DNA from: Takakia lepidozioides
Taxonomy: Eukaryota; Plantae; Bryophyta
Direction: 5' to 3'
DNA length: 64,000 nt
Assembly: GCA_030704615.1 (NCBI GenBank)
Contig: CM060733.1
Span: forward strand, 1,674,001 to 1,738,000
The notes below the pieces were generated by a model, which was given only the letters and a program-made list of their open reading frames with translations, searched no databases and was not told where the DNA came from. Made by a program: the position numbers and the translations under genes. The stretch's first letter is position 1. Every line of letters starts with the position of its first letter. Positions 24,905 through 38,394 of the stretch are shown piece by piece.

Positions 24905-27900
24905 TAGGGAGGAGCCAACAAATGTGGGACCTGATGTATTAGCGAACACAGTTTCATTGTATTTTCGTACGAATATATTTGTATAAAACAAATATGGAAT
25001 GGTGAGATCTTTGGGTGGCTGTCGGTAACAAATTGAATTTATGAATTGTATATCTTCTATAGTTTGTACTGATGTACGGAATCTATTCAGAGTTTCTATG
25101 AAAGGCATATCAGATTGTCTCATAACTTTGTTTAGTTCATAGCATTGGGCATTTGTTTGCCAAAAAATTGGTGCTAATGCTTTAACATTGTCATTTACGT
25201 TTACAAAGATCCAACTATCTTTCACATGGGGTGCTTGATAATAATCGTCTGTCATGATCAGATCAAGATTACCAAAGAATTTATTTTGTAAATGTTTTAT
25301 GGACCTTAGTCGATTGTCTAACGTTTAACATTCTAGCACCAACAAGAGATATTTCATCTATCACAACAAGTTGTAATTGTTCATATCGACATGTAAGTCT
25401 ATTTAATGAGTCTGATGATAGGTTGGCAAATTTGATAATGATTGTTGAACAGGTATGTTTAATGCGGAATGTATAGTCAAACCATCCATATTGAATACAG
25501 CTTTACCTGTGGATGCCATGAGCAGAGCTTTGGTTTTCGTTAGGTCTAAGGATATATCTTTGTTGTATCACAATGAGCCTTGAATTATAAGTTTTAATGT
25601 AAAAGTTTTACCAGTTTCACCCGCAATGAGAAACAAGCAAATTGGTGAATCACGGTACAATTTTCCTATGCATAATATCATCAAAGATTAGTCTTTGTTC
25701 TTCATTTAATTGTCTAACTAAACTCCGATATTCATATTCGTCCATCATCATGGAATAGTCGGTTTTTGTGAAAATGTCATCTTCCGACGTTTGTGACTTT
25801 TATTATTTAATCCAGTGGTTGATTGAATTACAAAATCGGATCGTAAATCATATTGTTCAATATTGATTGTGTTTGTAATGGGGATTGAAGCATGTAAATT
25901 ATTCAACTCACAATCCATGTTGTCATTCCGAATATTAGATGTATGCGATGATCTAGGTTTGCTAGATCGTTTAAATCATCTACTTCCTCTATATCTGGAT
26001 GTGACATTTTGTAGCTGAAAATAGATATAATTTTAGAGATTTCATCTTGCACTTGACAATATGCATCATGCCATGTGATATTGGTTTGAAGTTGGGAATT
26101 TTCTGAGTCTCTGAATGGTGAATATAATAGAAGTTGTTCTCTTGACCAATTTTCAATATCTTTATGTTTGTTATAGTTAACAAACCTGATAATTTTGGGT
26201 TTGTGACATTTCGAGATTTTATTTTTTTATTTTAAAAAAGAGGCAAACTCAGCTAATGACAATGATTCATAATGAGTAGCCTGATTAATACATTTATCTA
26301 CGATTGATGAACACATAATATCAGTTGAATCCGGTTCTAGTTGATTCAATGCGGCTTGTGGTTTTAACACAAAAGCACGGTCTTCATAAGGAGAAGTGTT
26401 GATAAATTTAAAAGTTCGAGATGAATGATATAACGGGAAAGAAAGCACAAGATAAGCAACAAGTTGAGCAGACATTTGTTGAGCATTAAAAAAAGTGTTG
26501 CCCAATTTTGAATTCTTATATTTGCATCTGTTTTATCTGCGATGCATTTTTGTATGATAGAATGTAATTCCGATGTTACTGACTTATCTATTTTTGTCAT
26601 ATATGACGTGCAGTATGTTGCAGCTGCATATGGATCCAAGATAAATTGGATATCGGTGTTTGCAAACCACAAATGAGCAGCACGTATACCAAATGCATTG
26701 GTTTTTATGTTTGCCGGAGTTCGTTTTAAGAAAATGTGTGGTTTTGTTAATTTACTCCTTAAGCTTAATATATATGTGCTTTCGTTGAGGTTTAATTTTT
26801 TTAGAAATTCTGAAAATGTTATATCATCATTTGTTTTTAAATCTTCAAAGATTGAAATATTTTTTCTATTTGTGTTTGTAGTAGATATTCTTTTGAAAAT
26901 GGAGAATTATCATTCAATTCAAGTGGTTCTAGGATTTTTGTTTCGGGCATAGGAGGTAATGGATAATGAAATCTACAAACAACATGGTTTTTTTTCTTAC
27001 ATGTACGTGTGTGTTGATGTTGTTGGGCATTTTGTAGTGCATTTGGTAATAATGATACATCACAAGAAATATACATATCATCAAATTGTTCAATTTTTTT
27101 GTTGGTGTGTGTTCCATACATAGGCGCATTTTTAATCCATAAAAGTCCATGGTCATGTTCACTACCGCGATTTTGGAATTATGTGACAAAGAAAAAATCA
27201 GAAACGAACCCAAAAAGAGTCTCATCTTTGTCATAAGTTTACGAAATGAAGACATTTTATGATCGTAGTATCTTGCACATGTTATGGGGTCGGTTCGGTT
27301 CAATTGTACTATGTGAGCAGATTGGAGGCTTCCATTTTATTTGGGAGATTTAGTCTTCTAGCATGTAAAGTGTGTAAAGCCTTAATGAGAGGATCCCATA
27401 ATGTTTTAGCAAATGTAAAAGTCACAAAGAATGTTGGAGGACCGAGCTGTCGAATCATTGCAAATAAATTCTTACGCAAGTCTTCTAAGTAATCAGGTGA
27501 AGTGCGCAAGCTTTCCAAATCACGATAGCCTAAGTATGATCTAAAAATTTGATCCAAGTTTGGTTTATTTCGTACTTGAGAAGTTTTTAATGTTCTTCCA
27601 CTTAGTTTCCTTTTTCGTATTCGCACCCAGCCTAAACCTATGACCTATTGGATTGAGACTTTAGCGGCTTTGAAAAAAAAGTTTGAAATATTGGTCGAAA
27701 AATCACCGGATTTGTGGAGCAACTCCTATTGTGCTATTTGTTGATATGAAAACCTTCTAGAAATTAGTCGAGGCTGGCCGTAAAATAACGTTGGAAAGTT
27801 TAGTTCTTCCAAGTGTTTGTCTTTAAATAAACCTAAGGGATGAAAGTGTTGACTTGGAACAACAGAATATACATCATTTTCGTAGTCCATTATTTTTGGA

Positions 27901-28560
27901 GCATCTAAAAAATTATGTATCATGGAGTTGGTTGATGTACAATTTCTTTCATCGTTGTCAGATTCGGAATTATCAAATGTTGAATATGAGTTTGATTCTG
28001 AGTGTATATGCAAGGCAAACAAACTTTCCCATTAATTGTGAATAGTAACCTTTAAATCTTTGTACAATGGCGTTTCAATTAAATCTCGTAGAGCGAGCAT
28101 AACCAAGTTTGGATGAATATTTCCCGACATATAAGGTGATTTGTATTCAAGATGTCGCTTGAGGAATAGACCTATTGTTGCTTCATCATATGGTAGACGT
28201 GGTTATGTAGATTGAGTTTGATCCACATTTGCAGGAACATTGAAACACTGCCATGTATTTTACATTGTCCATAACCATGAAGTTTATAAATTTGAGCAAA
28301 AGCAAGACGTGGTGAATAAGACGTTCTTCTAATTGTGGTAGTTTTTGGACTGATGGAATGATTTTATTTCTAGAAATTTTATTTGGTACTTGATACAAAG
28401 GCGGTTTATCTTCATTAATGTTACATAAACAACTGTACATATGTATAATGTTAAGGTAGGGTCTATTTGAATTTGAAAGTATACGGAAAGTTGTTTTGAC
28501 AATTTTTTTGAAAGAAGTTTTAGTTGTTTTAAAAAGCACAACCTTTCACAATAAAAACAG
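24905..28560 (-). pseudogene. Rep/PIF1-helicase of Helentron type
   Basis: MIRQLGPPTFFVTF, DPITCARYYDH, FQNRGSEHDHGLLWI, HTRTC...CRFHYP, NTDIQFILDPYAAATYCTSYMTK, FINTSP, AGETGKT, DEISLVG, DYYQAP, YELNKVMRQ. Confidence 0.88.
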
Positions 28561-28689
28561 GGAATTATAGGAACATCTTGAATTTGTTCATTAAGATATC
28601 AATGTAGATTGATTTATGTGCATGTTCATTGGTTGTTTGTCGATCTCATCCGAAGTGCATTCAATATATGGTGATTGAACTTTCTTGTT

Positions 28690-29316
28690 TGTGACAAATT
28701 TACTAGAATATATATATATATATATATATCATGTGATTAATAATTTGTGACATTGTTCTTTTAATATTTGAAAACATGTTAATGAATTTGGATACTTTTA
28801 TAGAATAAGGTAGATTTGGACAAGTTTGTAATAATTCAAAAATTTTGTTGTCATAAAGTGTCCAATCGAATTTTCTTTTCTTTTTTCTTGTGTGGGATTG
28901 GAAGTAATGGTTGGAGAGGAGTGTGACAATTGCATATTAGGAATTTGTTGACTTGTTGGAATGGAAATTGTAATGGGTGGAGATGAAACCTGAGGGACAC
29001 TGATATTTGTGACAAAATTTACTTGAATTTGTAATATATATATATATCATGTGATTAATAATTTGTGACATTGTTCTTTTAATATTTGGAAACATGTTAA
29101 TGAATTTGGATGCTTTTGTAGAATAAGGTAGATTTGGACAAGTTTGTAATAATTCAAAAAAAATTGTTGTCATAAAGTATCCAATCGAAATTTTTTTTTT
29201 TTCTTGTGTGGGATTGGAAGTAATGGTTGGAGAGGAGTGTGACAATTACATATTAGGAATTTGTTGACTTGTTGGAATGGAAATTGTAATGGGTGGAGAT
29301 GAAACCTGAGGGACAC
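28690..29316. repeat. Tandem duplication (~315-bp unit, two copies) inside the Helentron
   Basis: gtgacaa...atcatgtgattaataatttgtgac...gaaacctgagggacac occurs twice. Confidence 0.85.
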
Positions 29317-29639
29317 CGCTATTTGCAACCCGTTTCATTTTTTTAAATGTATTGAATACGGTTTTTAACTTGTTTTTGGGTAATACTTGTATTGCAAAAA
29401 GTGTTGAATAATGAGGCAATAGAATCCAATTGTGAAGTAGAATTATTTCCCAAAAGGTCCATCGATGCAGAGTCTAATTTTTCATTCCAATTGAAACGTA
29501 AATTTGCTTGTGGAGATTGACTAGATGGTTGTTGTGTTGTTGATTCTGAGAGAGATGGAAATTCATCCAAATTAATGATTACTTTATGATCATTTGTTTG
29601 AGAAAAAGGTGGAGACGTAGGTGTATCATTGGCGTACTC

Positions 29640-30040
29640 AATTGGTTCAAAATGTTGAGCATTGTAAGCTATATGTAAGGGGATAGATTGAAAATCCATT
29701 CCACATCGAGACATTGTACGCTTTTGATACTTTATTCCAAATGTAAATTGGCCTTCGTAAATATTCTGCTATCCAAAAAACTGTAGTGAAATCTCCCCAT
29801 AGCCCTCCAATTGTAGCACTTTGTGACATTTTTGTCACATATTCATGTTCATTTAAGACTGCACCTTGAGTAAATCAAACAAAAAATCTGGATTCAATTC
29901 TCGAATGCGACATTGTTGGGCTTTTCTTTATTTAATAATATTGACTTAAATATGTCATACTGTTTTGCCTCAATTGAAAAGACGACAATTCATTATGTAA
30001 TAGATAACAAATAGAATCAAATAGACAATTGCCTACTTCA
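29640..30040 (-). pseudogene. OTU-like cysteine protease domain of the Helentron
   Basis: VGNCLFDSICYL (~30000-30036), LWGDFTTVFWIAEYLRRPIYIW, HIAYNAQHFEPI. Confidence 0.75.
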
Positions 30041-30571
30041 TATTTATATGTTGAAACGAGACGAAGTCCGGATGAATGTAAGACATGGTCAAATGAAGAA
30101 TGAAGAAGAAGATATTATGTAATTGTGTCCATTATTATGAATGTTAATTAAATAGATGTAAGAACTAGATTTAAATTTAAAAACTAGATTTGAAAACTGG
30201 ATACTAGACTGAGAACTGAAATATTGCCCAGTCACCAATTAAAAAATGATTGCAAATATGAACTGTATTTGTCAATAAAGATCGCATAATAGAAACTGCT
30301 TACATATAAACCGCTTAGAATATCATTGTTGAAAACTGATCACATATGATGATGTGAAAATCACCATGTACAAAGAACCTGATTTCCGTATGAAAACTAG
30401 ATGTAATACGAAACCTTTCTTTGTACCTTGAAAACAACAATGGGAAAAATACTATAGTAAGGGCTAGAAAATTGTAATATAAAAGTTTTTCACATCACAA
30501 GCTGCTTATCTCAAAGAGAAGACAACAACAAAGATGATGCACTAAATATTATTTTCAAACACACCAAGTGT

Positions 30572-31990
30572 TCAGGAGGTTTTCTGATTGGAAACTGATT
30601 CCAGATCATCAAAGTGAAGTTTGCGTTTCACACTGTGTTGCACATCATCAGATGGTTCTGATTTCGATGGACCAGGACGAACTGTCAAAGGGGTTACACT
30701 CAAATCCACAGGAAATTCCGTTTTAGGGATTGATTGTTGAATGTCCTCTTGAAAACCAACAAGGGCAGATGTGGGGTCCAATTGAAATTTACCACGAAGA
30801 CGAATTGTGTTGAGGAGCTGAACCTGTTTTGGACGAGAGAAATTGAGGAATTCAGATTCTGCCATATGCATGATTGTTTCGAGCCATTTGCCCTCAATGG
30901 TCAGCAACACAAGTTCAGCGTCGGTTGCAATGGAGGCACAGAGAAAACCTGACTTGTCCATTGTTTTCAAACGACAGTCGTTACAATGAACATCGCCAGT
31001 CGGAGAGATGGTGATATCTGATACACGACAGTGCTCACATACTTTCTGAAATGGAGAAGCAGCATGGCTGAGTATGGACAGCACCCCGATTACCTGGAAA
31101 AATCCCGGATTACATTATTTTAGAATAAGGTACAGATTAACTAAAATTGATAGCAAAAAAATTCAATACAAGTCAAAGTAAGATATAATGACTTACCTCT
31201 CTTACTGCGGGCTGAGTACTGGTAAATTTGTTGTGCAGATGAAGAAGACGAGCTCGTTCGCTTTCATCAACATCCCTGCTGAAAAATTGTGTGGGGCTGT
31301 TCTTAAATGTCGATCTCCTTTGGACGTTGTTGCAACATTCTTGATTAAGACCATAACATATTGGCCAGCATTGTATGCTTCCACCATTTGATCATAATTT
31401 GTTTTGAAATTCCTCCCCATGACAAGAACATCTTGGTCAAATTCTCCCTCTCCATCTGCAATCATTAGTTAATTTTCACCCTTCGTATCTTGTCATCCCC
31501 CCTTACTGCAGTACCAATGACAGCAAGGGTGGACATGCCCAACTCTGAAGAGAGGCTCGGAACTCTCTTATGGAATCCGTGTGGAAAAACATGGGAACCA
31601 ACTCAGGTTCAAAGGCAGGAATTGAAGACACGGTTGTGATCGACTCAACTATTATGACGACATACATGTCGTCTTTCTCAAAACCTCTTTTGGATTTTGA
31701 GTCCATCCCAAAATTTTCCACCCTCACATACATTCCTTTTTGCAAAGACTACTCATGCATTTCTATAAAATGCGACTTCACTCTCAAAGTGACTGTGGTC
31801 AAGGCTGTCTTTGTAGCAAATCATAGTGCAAGTAAGCATAACCTGGATCTTCCATGGTCTTGTTGACAATCCGCTCAAAGGTGCCATATCTGTTCAGCAC
31901 CTTCGCCAAATGTAGCTATGGAATCCGTTTTGGAGCGCTTCTGGATGACCTCAAGAAAATGCCTTTGGAAGAATGAGACCGCCCCATGTG
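30572..31990 (-). pseudogene. RPA70-like OB-fold/Zn-ribbon gene of the Helentron, spliced
   Basis: CEHC-x13-CNDC Zn ribbon and OB-like strands (YVRVENF, YVMVLIKNV); GTAAGT...CAG intron at 31094-31196. Confidence 0.55.
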
Positions 31991-32282
31991 TGCCTTAACT
32001 GTGCCACTCCACAGGTTACTTAGTGCGCCACCTACTTTACGAGCAGGTCATGGAGAAAGACGACAAGATGTTGCAGAAGACGAGAGCAAAAACGAAGAAG
32101 ATGAACTCGAAAATTAATGCAAAACCCTAAACAATCCTGAAGAATCTTAAGGCAATGTGGAAATTGTACACATTGCATCCTCCTCCGCGGCCACCCTATC
32201 ATCCCCCTCACAGGCCACCTTCTTCATTTGTTGTGAATTTCTTCATCCAAATTCATGACCTGTTGAAAAATATATGTGCTTC

Positions 32283-32352
32283 GTGGCATAAAGGTTTGAA
32301 CCCAGCACCCACCGGAGGATCAAGCAACATTCTTACCACCAAGCTATACCTG
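32283..32352 (-). other. tRNA-derived A/B-box segment, not a functional tRNA
   Basis: TAGCTTGGTGGTAAGA ... GGTTCAAACC on the minus strand; related copy at 51335-51410. Confidence 0.5.
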
Positions 32353-33175
32353 CTATCTTGAAAGCAAATGTGACTATAATGTATATTAGGGCTTTGCGTT
32401 GCTCCGCACTACTAGCGACGAATTCTGAAAACTACGTTCAATTTTCACACAAAAAGGGGTGGGTCATCCGCATGGTTTTATATACAAACATCCAGTATTT
32501 CATTGTTTTTCGGAAGAAAAATGGCGGAGTGTTGCCGAAGCTATCATGTCAAAACAGCAATGCAGCTCAAGTAGTTACCCCCAACCTTGAACTCCAACAC
32601 GCACAAACCGATGTTATAGTGTGAGGGAGTCAAGCCGCATCAATCAATAACAACATCCTTACAATCACTATATGAACTTTCAAGCAGCCACCATGGGATT
32701 GGATCTTGGTGGGTTAAAGGCTAACTTTTGACAATATTCATGCAAGTTCGTCAAGGGCTCCATCCAAAGCCACACCACGAGAAACAAACGAACATGTCCA
32801 AATTTAAGATGTTGAACAAACTTGTGCACAGGGCTGCCCCTCTCATCAAGCTCATTAAAATTCGTATTCACTTCCATCTTCAAGCTTTGGAGAAGCTCCA
32901 CCACCAAAACCCAGAATTAGGAAAGCACTCTGATTTCCATCCACTGTCACCAAAATCAATAAAAAATCAGCCCTTCAGTCAAGTGCAATTATGGGCTGAC
33001 TTCCCACCTATGCCAAGTAGACCGCACTTTCATTTCTTGTGGATTTATGCCACAGGAATTGCACTCAACAGTACATCATGGTCAATACTCTCAGGAAATG
33101 GTGGATGGTCTGAGTAGCTACGTCACAGATCAATGAATGAAGCAAGACACTCGCATCTTCCAAGAAGACATCTTT

Positions 33176-33533
33176 TCACCAGTAATCACCACAAGAACAA
33201 ATCCCATCTTCAAAGTGGTGAAAGCGGTTAGCGTCTCATACAACAATTTCTCGGTCTACAATCTTTGAGATAAATTTGGTGGAGGTGTGGCAGTCACCAC
33301 ACACTCGAAGATTCTTGATGAGACAGAGAGGCGTCCTAGGGGTCATGCTGATCAGCCCAAAACCAATGGCCAGCTTCTCACTGTGGTGGCAAAGAGAGAA
33401 TTCATTTTCCGCCTCCCCACATCATGCAATACAAAGCGCCAGTCAGGCACATACCTCGTCTCCTTCATTTGCCCAGACAATCTTCTCAGCTCAGCATGGA
33501 TTTCCTTAATTCTGGGATGCAACTTGTCATCTA
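33176..33533 (-). pseudogene. DYW deaminase domain; 3' part of PPR gene 1, split by the retroelement
   Basis: DKLHPRIKEIHAEL...HSEKLAI...RVCGDCH...RDANRFHHFEDGICSCGDYW*, stop at 33176-33178. Confidence 0.92.
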
Positions 33534-33749
33534 TGTCAAGTTATTTTACCACGCGTTGTTATCTTCACGGCAGATCGCGGTGGGCTCATCTTTCTCGAGT
33601 TGAGCCTCACCGCGTCTAGCTATGGCGCCGTAGTGTGGATTCCCCATGGCGTGGGGTGCACTTGGCTCGACTTAATATATGAGTGTTTTCATGTGCAAGT
33701 GTGTGAGTTTGAGAGAGCTTGTATGCTTGTATCATTCTTTTCCTTATCA
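33534..33749 (+). repeat. Terminal repeat half A (3' half of the LTR), ~100 bp shorter than A'
   Basis: TGTCAAGTTATTTTAC...CCTTATCA; repeated at 43195-43510. Confidence 0.92.
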
Positions 33750-33765
33750 CTCGAGAAAGATGAGC
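33750..33765 (+). promoter_or_regulatory. Non-tRNA PBS, putatively self-priming
   Basis: CTCGAGAAAGATGAGC directly after the LTR CA; exact reverse complement of 33584-33599. Confidence 0.7.
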
Positions 33766-35599
33766 TCGAGTCTGTGAGTGCCAGGTTCGAGTTGTTTTGT
33801 AGCACTTGTGTTTTCATGAAAAACGGTTCAGCCTAGAGTGTAGGGATCCGTGCATGAGCCTATCCAAAGTGGATAGAGTGCAAAGACGAACAAATTGCAG
33901 GTTTGCAATGGATAGAGAGGCGGGTAGCCTATGTTGAAGAGCGGCGTTGCATAGCTCAACGCTATGACAACCAAGTTTGGGCTTCTAGTGTGAAGCGGAG
34001 GAGATGCTGGCCACGAATGGGCGAACTGGTGGTCGTCTTCTTCAGCTGCAGGCCGAGTTAAGGAGCTACAGAAATGTGGGCTGCGCATGGACATCTAGCA
34101 TGTTGTAGGTTGGAGATGACATGATGAGCTCCAGGTATTTCTGCTCGAAACTAGTTGTTGCGGGTAGATGAGGAGCAGCCAAATGGTGGAGCTGCGAGGG
34201 ATGCATCGCAGCCCGTTGGGAGCTTCAGCTCCAAGCTCATAAAGAGGTATGAATGAAGAGAGGGGCTGGTCCCTCTTGTGTGCAAATCAGTGCACTTGTG
34301 AAACATGTGCTGAGTTGGAGTTTCAATCTGAAACTTCAGTGTAAGGGCTCTTGGAGTGGCAAGAGCGGGGCTGGAAGGGCAGCAACGAGGCGTCCTAGAG
34401 CCAAGGGAGATGCATGAGAAGTGCAGGTGCACCAAGTTTGTAAATGTGTGTATTTTCAGATTTGTTTTTGTGAGCTTCATGAAGAAAAGGGAGCTTGTTG
34501 GGCAGCATATAGCTTGCTTGTTGAGTTGGAGGCACTTCTAGTGGGCCGTGAGAGCTCAGGAGTGCAGGGCGACGGGGCTGATGGCTTTGCAGAAGCCATA
34601 GCTCGTCGGCAGCAGTGCAGGAGCAAACCCCAGCTCGGGGAGAGCTCGGGAACGCGTGGGAACGCCTCGAGAACGCATGGGAACTCCTTGGGAGTTCCAG
34701 GGAACGCAGGGAATAGTGGCCGTGATGGGCCGTTGGGGCAGTATCACGAGATACCACGAGCCCAGGTCGTGATGGTTGACCGTGACCGTTGGAAGTCGTG
34801 GTGTGGACACAACGGGTGGGCACGGTGACCATATCGTGGGGATGGCGGGCCGTGAAGGCTCGTGGGAGTGGTACCACGGGGTATCACTGGGCAGCCCGTG
34901 GCCAACGAGTGCCTAGGGTGGGCCGTGAGGAGTAGTGGCGGTTAGAGCCACGGAAGGCCGCGAACAGGCAGAGAAAAAATAAAAAAAATAAAAAAAATAA
35001 AAAAATAAAAATCTTTTTTCACTCGTTTCGTGAGAGATTTTTGGTGTGGGGGAGTTGTTGTTTTCATTCTTGTGTTTGGATCCCCTCCACACCTGCATGC
35101 TTGATTATGCGCCATGCTAGTTTTGTGTGGGCACTTGATTTTATAGGTGGTGGACTCGGGCTTGATCGCCGATCCCACCCTAGAGCATGCTGTCGATGGT
35201 GAGGCTGGGTTGATGACCAGTCAGACCATCTTTGTTTCTCCTATGGTGAGGTTGGAGGTGATGACCAGCCAACCATAGGAGTGCCTGCGGTGGATGCAGG
35301 TGCAGGTGCAGGCTATGTTAGGAACCTAGTATTCCAGACCATAAGCCGCATCAGGTTCTCTACCCGGTTACCTTGTGGAGAGGGGGTTAGAGACAGGTTC
35401 ATGACCGGTTGAGTGTCAGTTTGTCAGCACGGAGGTGCCACTAGTTGATGGGGAAAGTGCCGGTACGAGCACTAGCGATACTAGCGGGTATACAAGACGA
35501 GGTGTGTGGTTTAGGCCACCTTCACCTCCTGTGTCTTCTACGGAAGGTTCTGATTCGGATTGTGAATCAGGAGGACTCACACCGGCGGTGCAAGTTGTT

Positions 35600-36700
35600 T
35601 CATTGCCATTGTTGTGGGACACGATGGAGGAGATGTATGGAGCCAACAAGGGGCCACGAAGGTACTCTGGGGCGGTGGGCACCATTGAGTTGGATGATTT
35701 CATTCAAGAGTTTGATAGTTGGTGTGACTTGCAGCAAATGCGCAATCCACAACTGTTTACGCCTTTGATGGCATAGAAGGGGCTGTTTCAGCACCTTGAG
35801 GGGCCGCCCATGGATGATTACCATGAGTTTAGGCGGGGGCACGATTGAGATCGAGGAGTGGAGGATGTACTGGTCACCCGACTATGTCTCCATCACTAGA
35901 GGCACTAGAGGCACAAGGGCCACACCGGCAGCTGCACCAGCAGCAACAGCTACAACAACAGCTTCCACGAGCAGTAGTGGGACTAGTGGTACAAAACTAC
36001 GACGTCCACCCAAGCTACTGCTGCACCAGCACCAGTGGCAGTGCCTGCCTTCAATCTGTTGTGGAGTTCTTCGAAGAGTTGAGAAGGAACTACCAAGGGG
36101 TGAGGACAAAGAAGTTGAGGAGCTTGCAAGAGTTCCAACGGAAGCCTACTGAGAGCTTGAGGAGGCTTTCACTCGCATGAGGCGCTTGATTAATGTAACC
36201 CAAGGGATTACGGAGGCTCAGGCAGTCCAATTCTGGTATGGATATTGGACAAGGAGCTGAGGAGAAGGGTGCGGGATGCAACTCTCTACAAGCGGCCCAA
36301 CCACCTTAGCAAATGTGTTTTTGCTGGCAGAGCGGATAGAGCTCAACATGGTGGAAGAACGAGTGGTCATGGTGGGATTTGCTAAGGAGGCACCATGGGG
36401 TAGTGGTGCTCCTAGCCAGCCACTACCTCAACGTGCTCAAGTCAGGGGCTCAGGTGAAGCCCAGGGAATGATAGAGAGGACCTCAGATGCAGGGGTCTCT
36501 CCCTTCATTTGCAAGCCAACAACGGGCGGATGTGGTGTGCTGGACATGTGGAGGACCCCATGTCAAGAAGGATTGCCCAGAGGGAGGCAATGGTTTGGCA
36601 CCGGCACAGCTGCACAGTTGCAGTGTGGGCATTGTGGCAAGTACGGCATGGAGAAGCCCAGTGCTATGGTTTGCATCCTGAGTTGCGCCCAGGCCAGTTC
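35600..36700 (+). pseudogene. gag with zinc knuckles
   Basis: GTIELDDFIQEFDSWCD; FFEELRRNYQG; CWTCGGPHVKKDC and CGHCGKYGH..QC. Confidence 0.75.
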
Positions 36701-37659
36701 CAAGGGAAACAATGGTGGCCGGGGGCGAGGTGGAGCAGCCCAGAAGGACGAGGTGCAGGCCAAGGGCAAGCTCAACATGGCCAAGGACGCGGAGGTCAGG
36801 GTGGTGACCAAGGCATGGCCAACCGGCTTCAGCAGCTAGAGCAGAGGCTCGCTGCCATGGCCACAGCTCAGGTGGTACCGGCTCAAGGCCGGATGGTCCA
36901 CCTCCTGCTCCTGAGGGAGGAGACATGGGAGGCATGGGATTCATGTGCGGGGTAGCACTACCACTAGTGAGGGGTGCCACTACCACTACCACTATGGGTG
37001 GGGCACCACTACCACTAGTGTGCACTACCACTACCACTATGAGCGGGGTACCACTAGTGCAAGTGGAGTCAGCTGCGGCAGTGACTCGAGGAGCGGCACG
37101 AGTTCCTGAGCCACGGGGTGTGGAGGTGGAGTTGGATCCACAGCGTGGGGAGGCAAGCCGTCAGGCCAGGCTTCCTCAGTCATTCACATTGGCGGAGACA
37201 GTGTCGACGCCGTCCATGGCACCTAGTTCTCGCCCGACTGTTACCGAGGCGGAGGTTACTATGCCATTGGGGAGAGCTACACGGGCAGCACCACTACCTA
37301 GTGTTGCCAAGGCTACGGCAGCTAGTGTGCTGCTGGGGGCGGCCACAGCTGTGTGCCAGGCTCCATTGTTCTCGCTACCATGATTGCGACGCCGGGGGTA
37401 AGACCAGCTGAGGTGTTCAGGCTGGCAGCTACACTCTGTGAGAGTGGGGAGGTTACTTCATCTTCTGCGGAGATAGTGGGAGGTGTAGTGCCGGAGGGAT
37501 CCTCGGATGTGAGGGTCAAGACTGCCACGCGGCGCCATGGCAAGCTGCAGCTGCCAGGTTGATGGAGCTGCTAGGCCAGCCATTGAGCGCGCCATGGTGA
37601 CACCTGGAGTTGTCATGTTAGACAACAGGATGACATTTTCTGTTTGAGTGGACCGGCAG

Positions 37660-37960
37660 GCAAGAGGTACCGGCCACTGCGAGTCTTGTTGGACTCGGGA
37701 GCTCAGCCATTGATGCTGGGCAGAGCTGCTATTGCAGGCTTGGGCCTCACGGAGGCGGATATGGAGCCGTGCCCTTTCCAGATACAGACATCTCTGGGAG
37801 GATCAGAGCAGGCTCGGGGCATGACACGGCGTGAGTTGGCTATCAGACTACAGCCGGATCATCCTACAGATGGCTCAGTGATGAGAGCCAAGGCCATTGT
37901 GACAGACGCGGTCTCGTACGATGTCCTTGTTGGTGGGGCAGTGTTGTACCCATGGGCTTC
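37660..37960 (+). pseudogene. Retropepsin aspartic protease
   Basis: RVLLDSGAQPLML...YDVLVGG. Confidence 0.85.
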
Positions 37961-38394
37961 ACCCTGGATTTTTGGGAGGAGTCAGCTTCCTATAGGCCTG
38001 GATGGCAGTCAGGGGAGGGCCGGCGTGTGCAGCTCCCTGTGACGTTCATAGGAGGAGTTGCGGTTGCCCAGCGAGGCAAGATGCCAACACTGGCAGCATT
38101 CACAGCTGCAGTGACTTGAGAGTTGTTGGATGACAACACTCATTCGAGGATGTGTCACCTCGGGAGAGCAGGATGACATGTATGGTATGGCGGAGTTGCC
38201 TGCCATGGTTGCTCACACTCCATTGTGGGGCTCGAGCAAGGATTTGCAGCGGGTTGCTGATTGTCGTGTGCAACAAGCCTGGGTAGAGGCTTTTGTACCG
38301 TCAGGAGAGGAGGACAGTGCGGGGATTGCACCAGGACCACCTCAGTTGTCACCATTGGACACCACACCGATCGTGTGGTAGTGTCCGGATGAAG

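Larger units (their letters stand above)
24905..32460 (-). mobile_element. Helentron/Helitron2-type rolling-circle transposon, degenerate and 3'-truncated
   Basis: RPA70-like, OTU, Rep and PIF1 helicase segments in order on the minus strand; termini not defined. Confidence 0.8.

Noticed and set aside
32283-32352. Functional tRNA gene
   Set aside because: A and B boxes are present but there is no convincing acceptor or anticodon stem.
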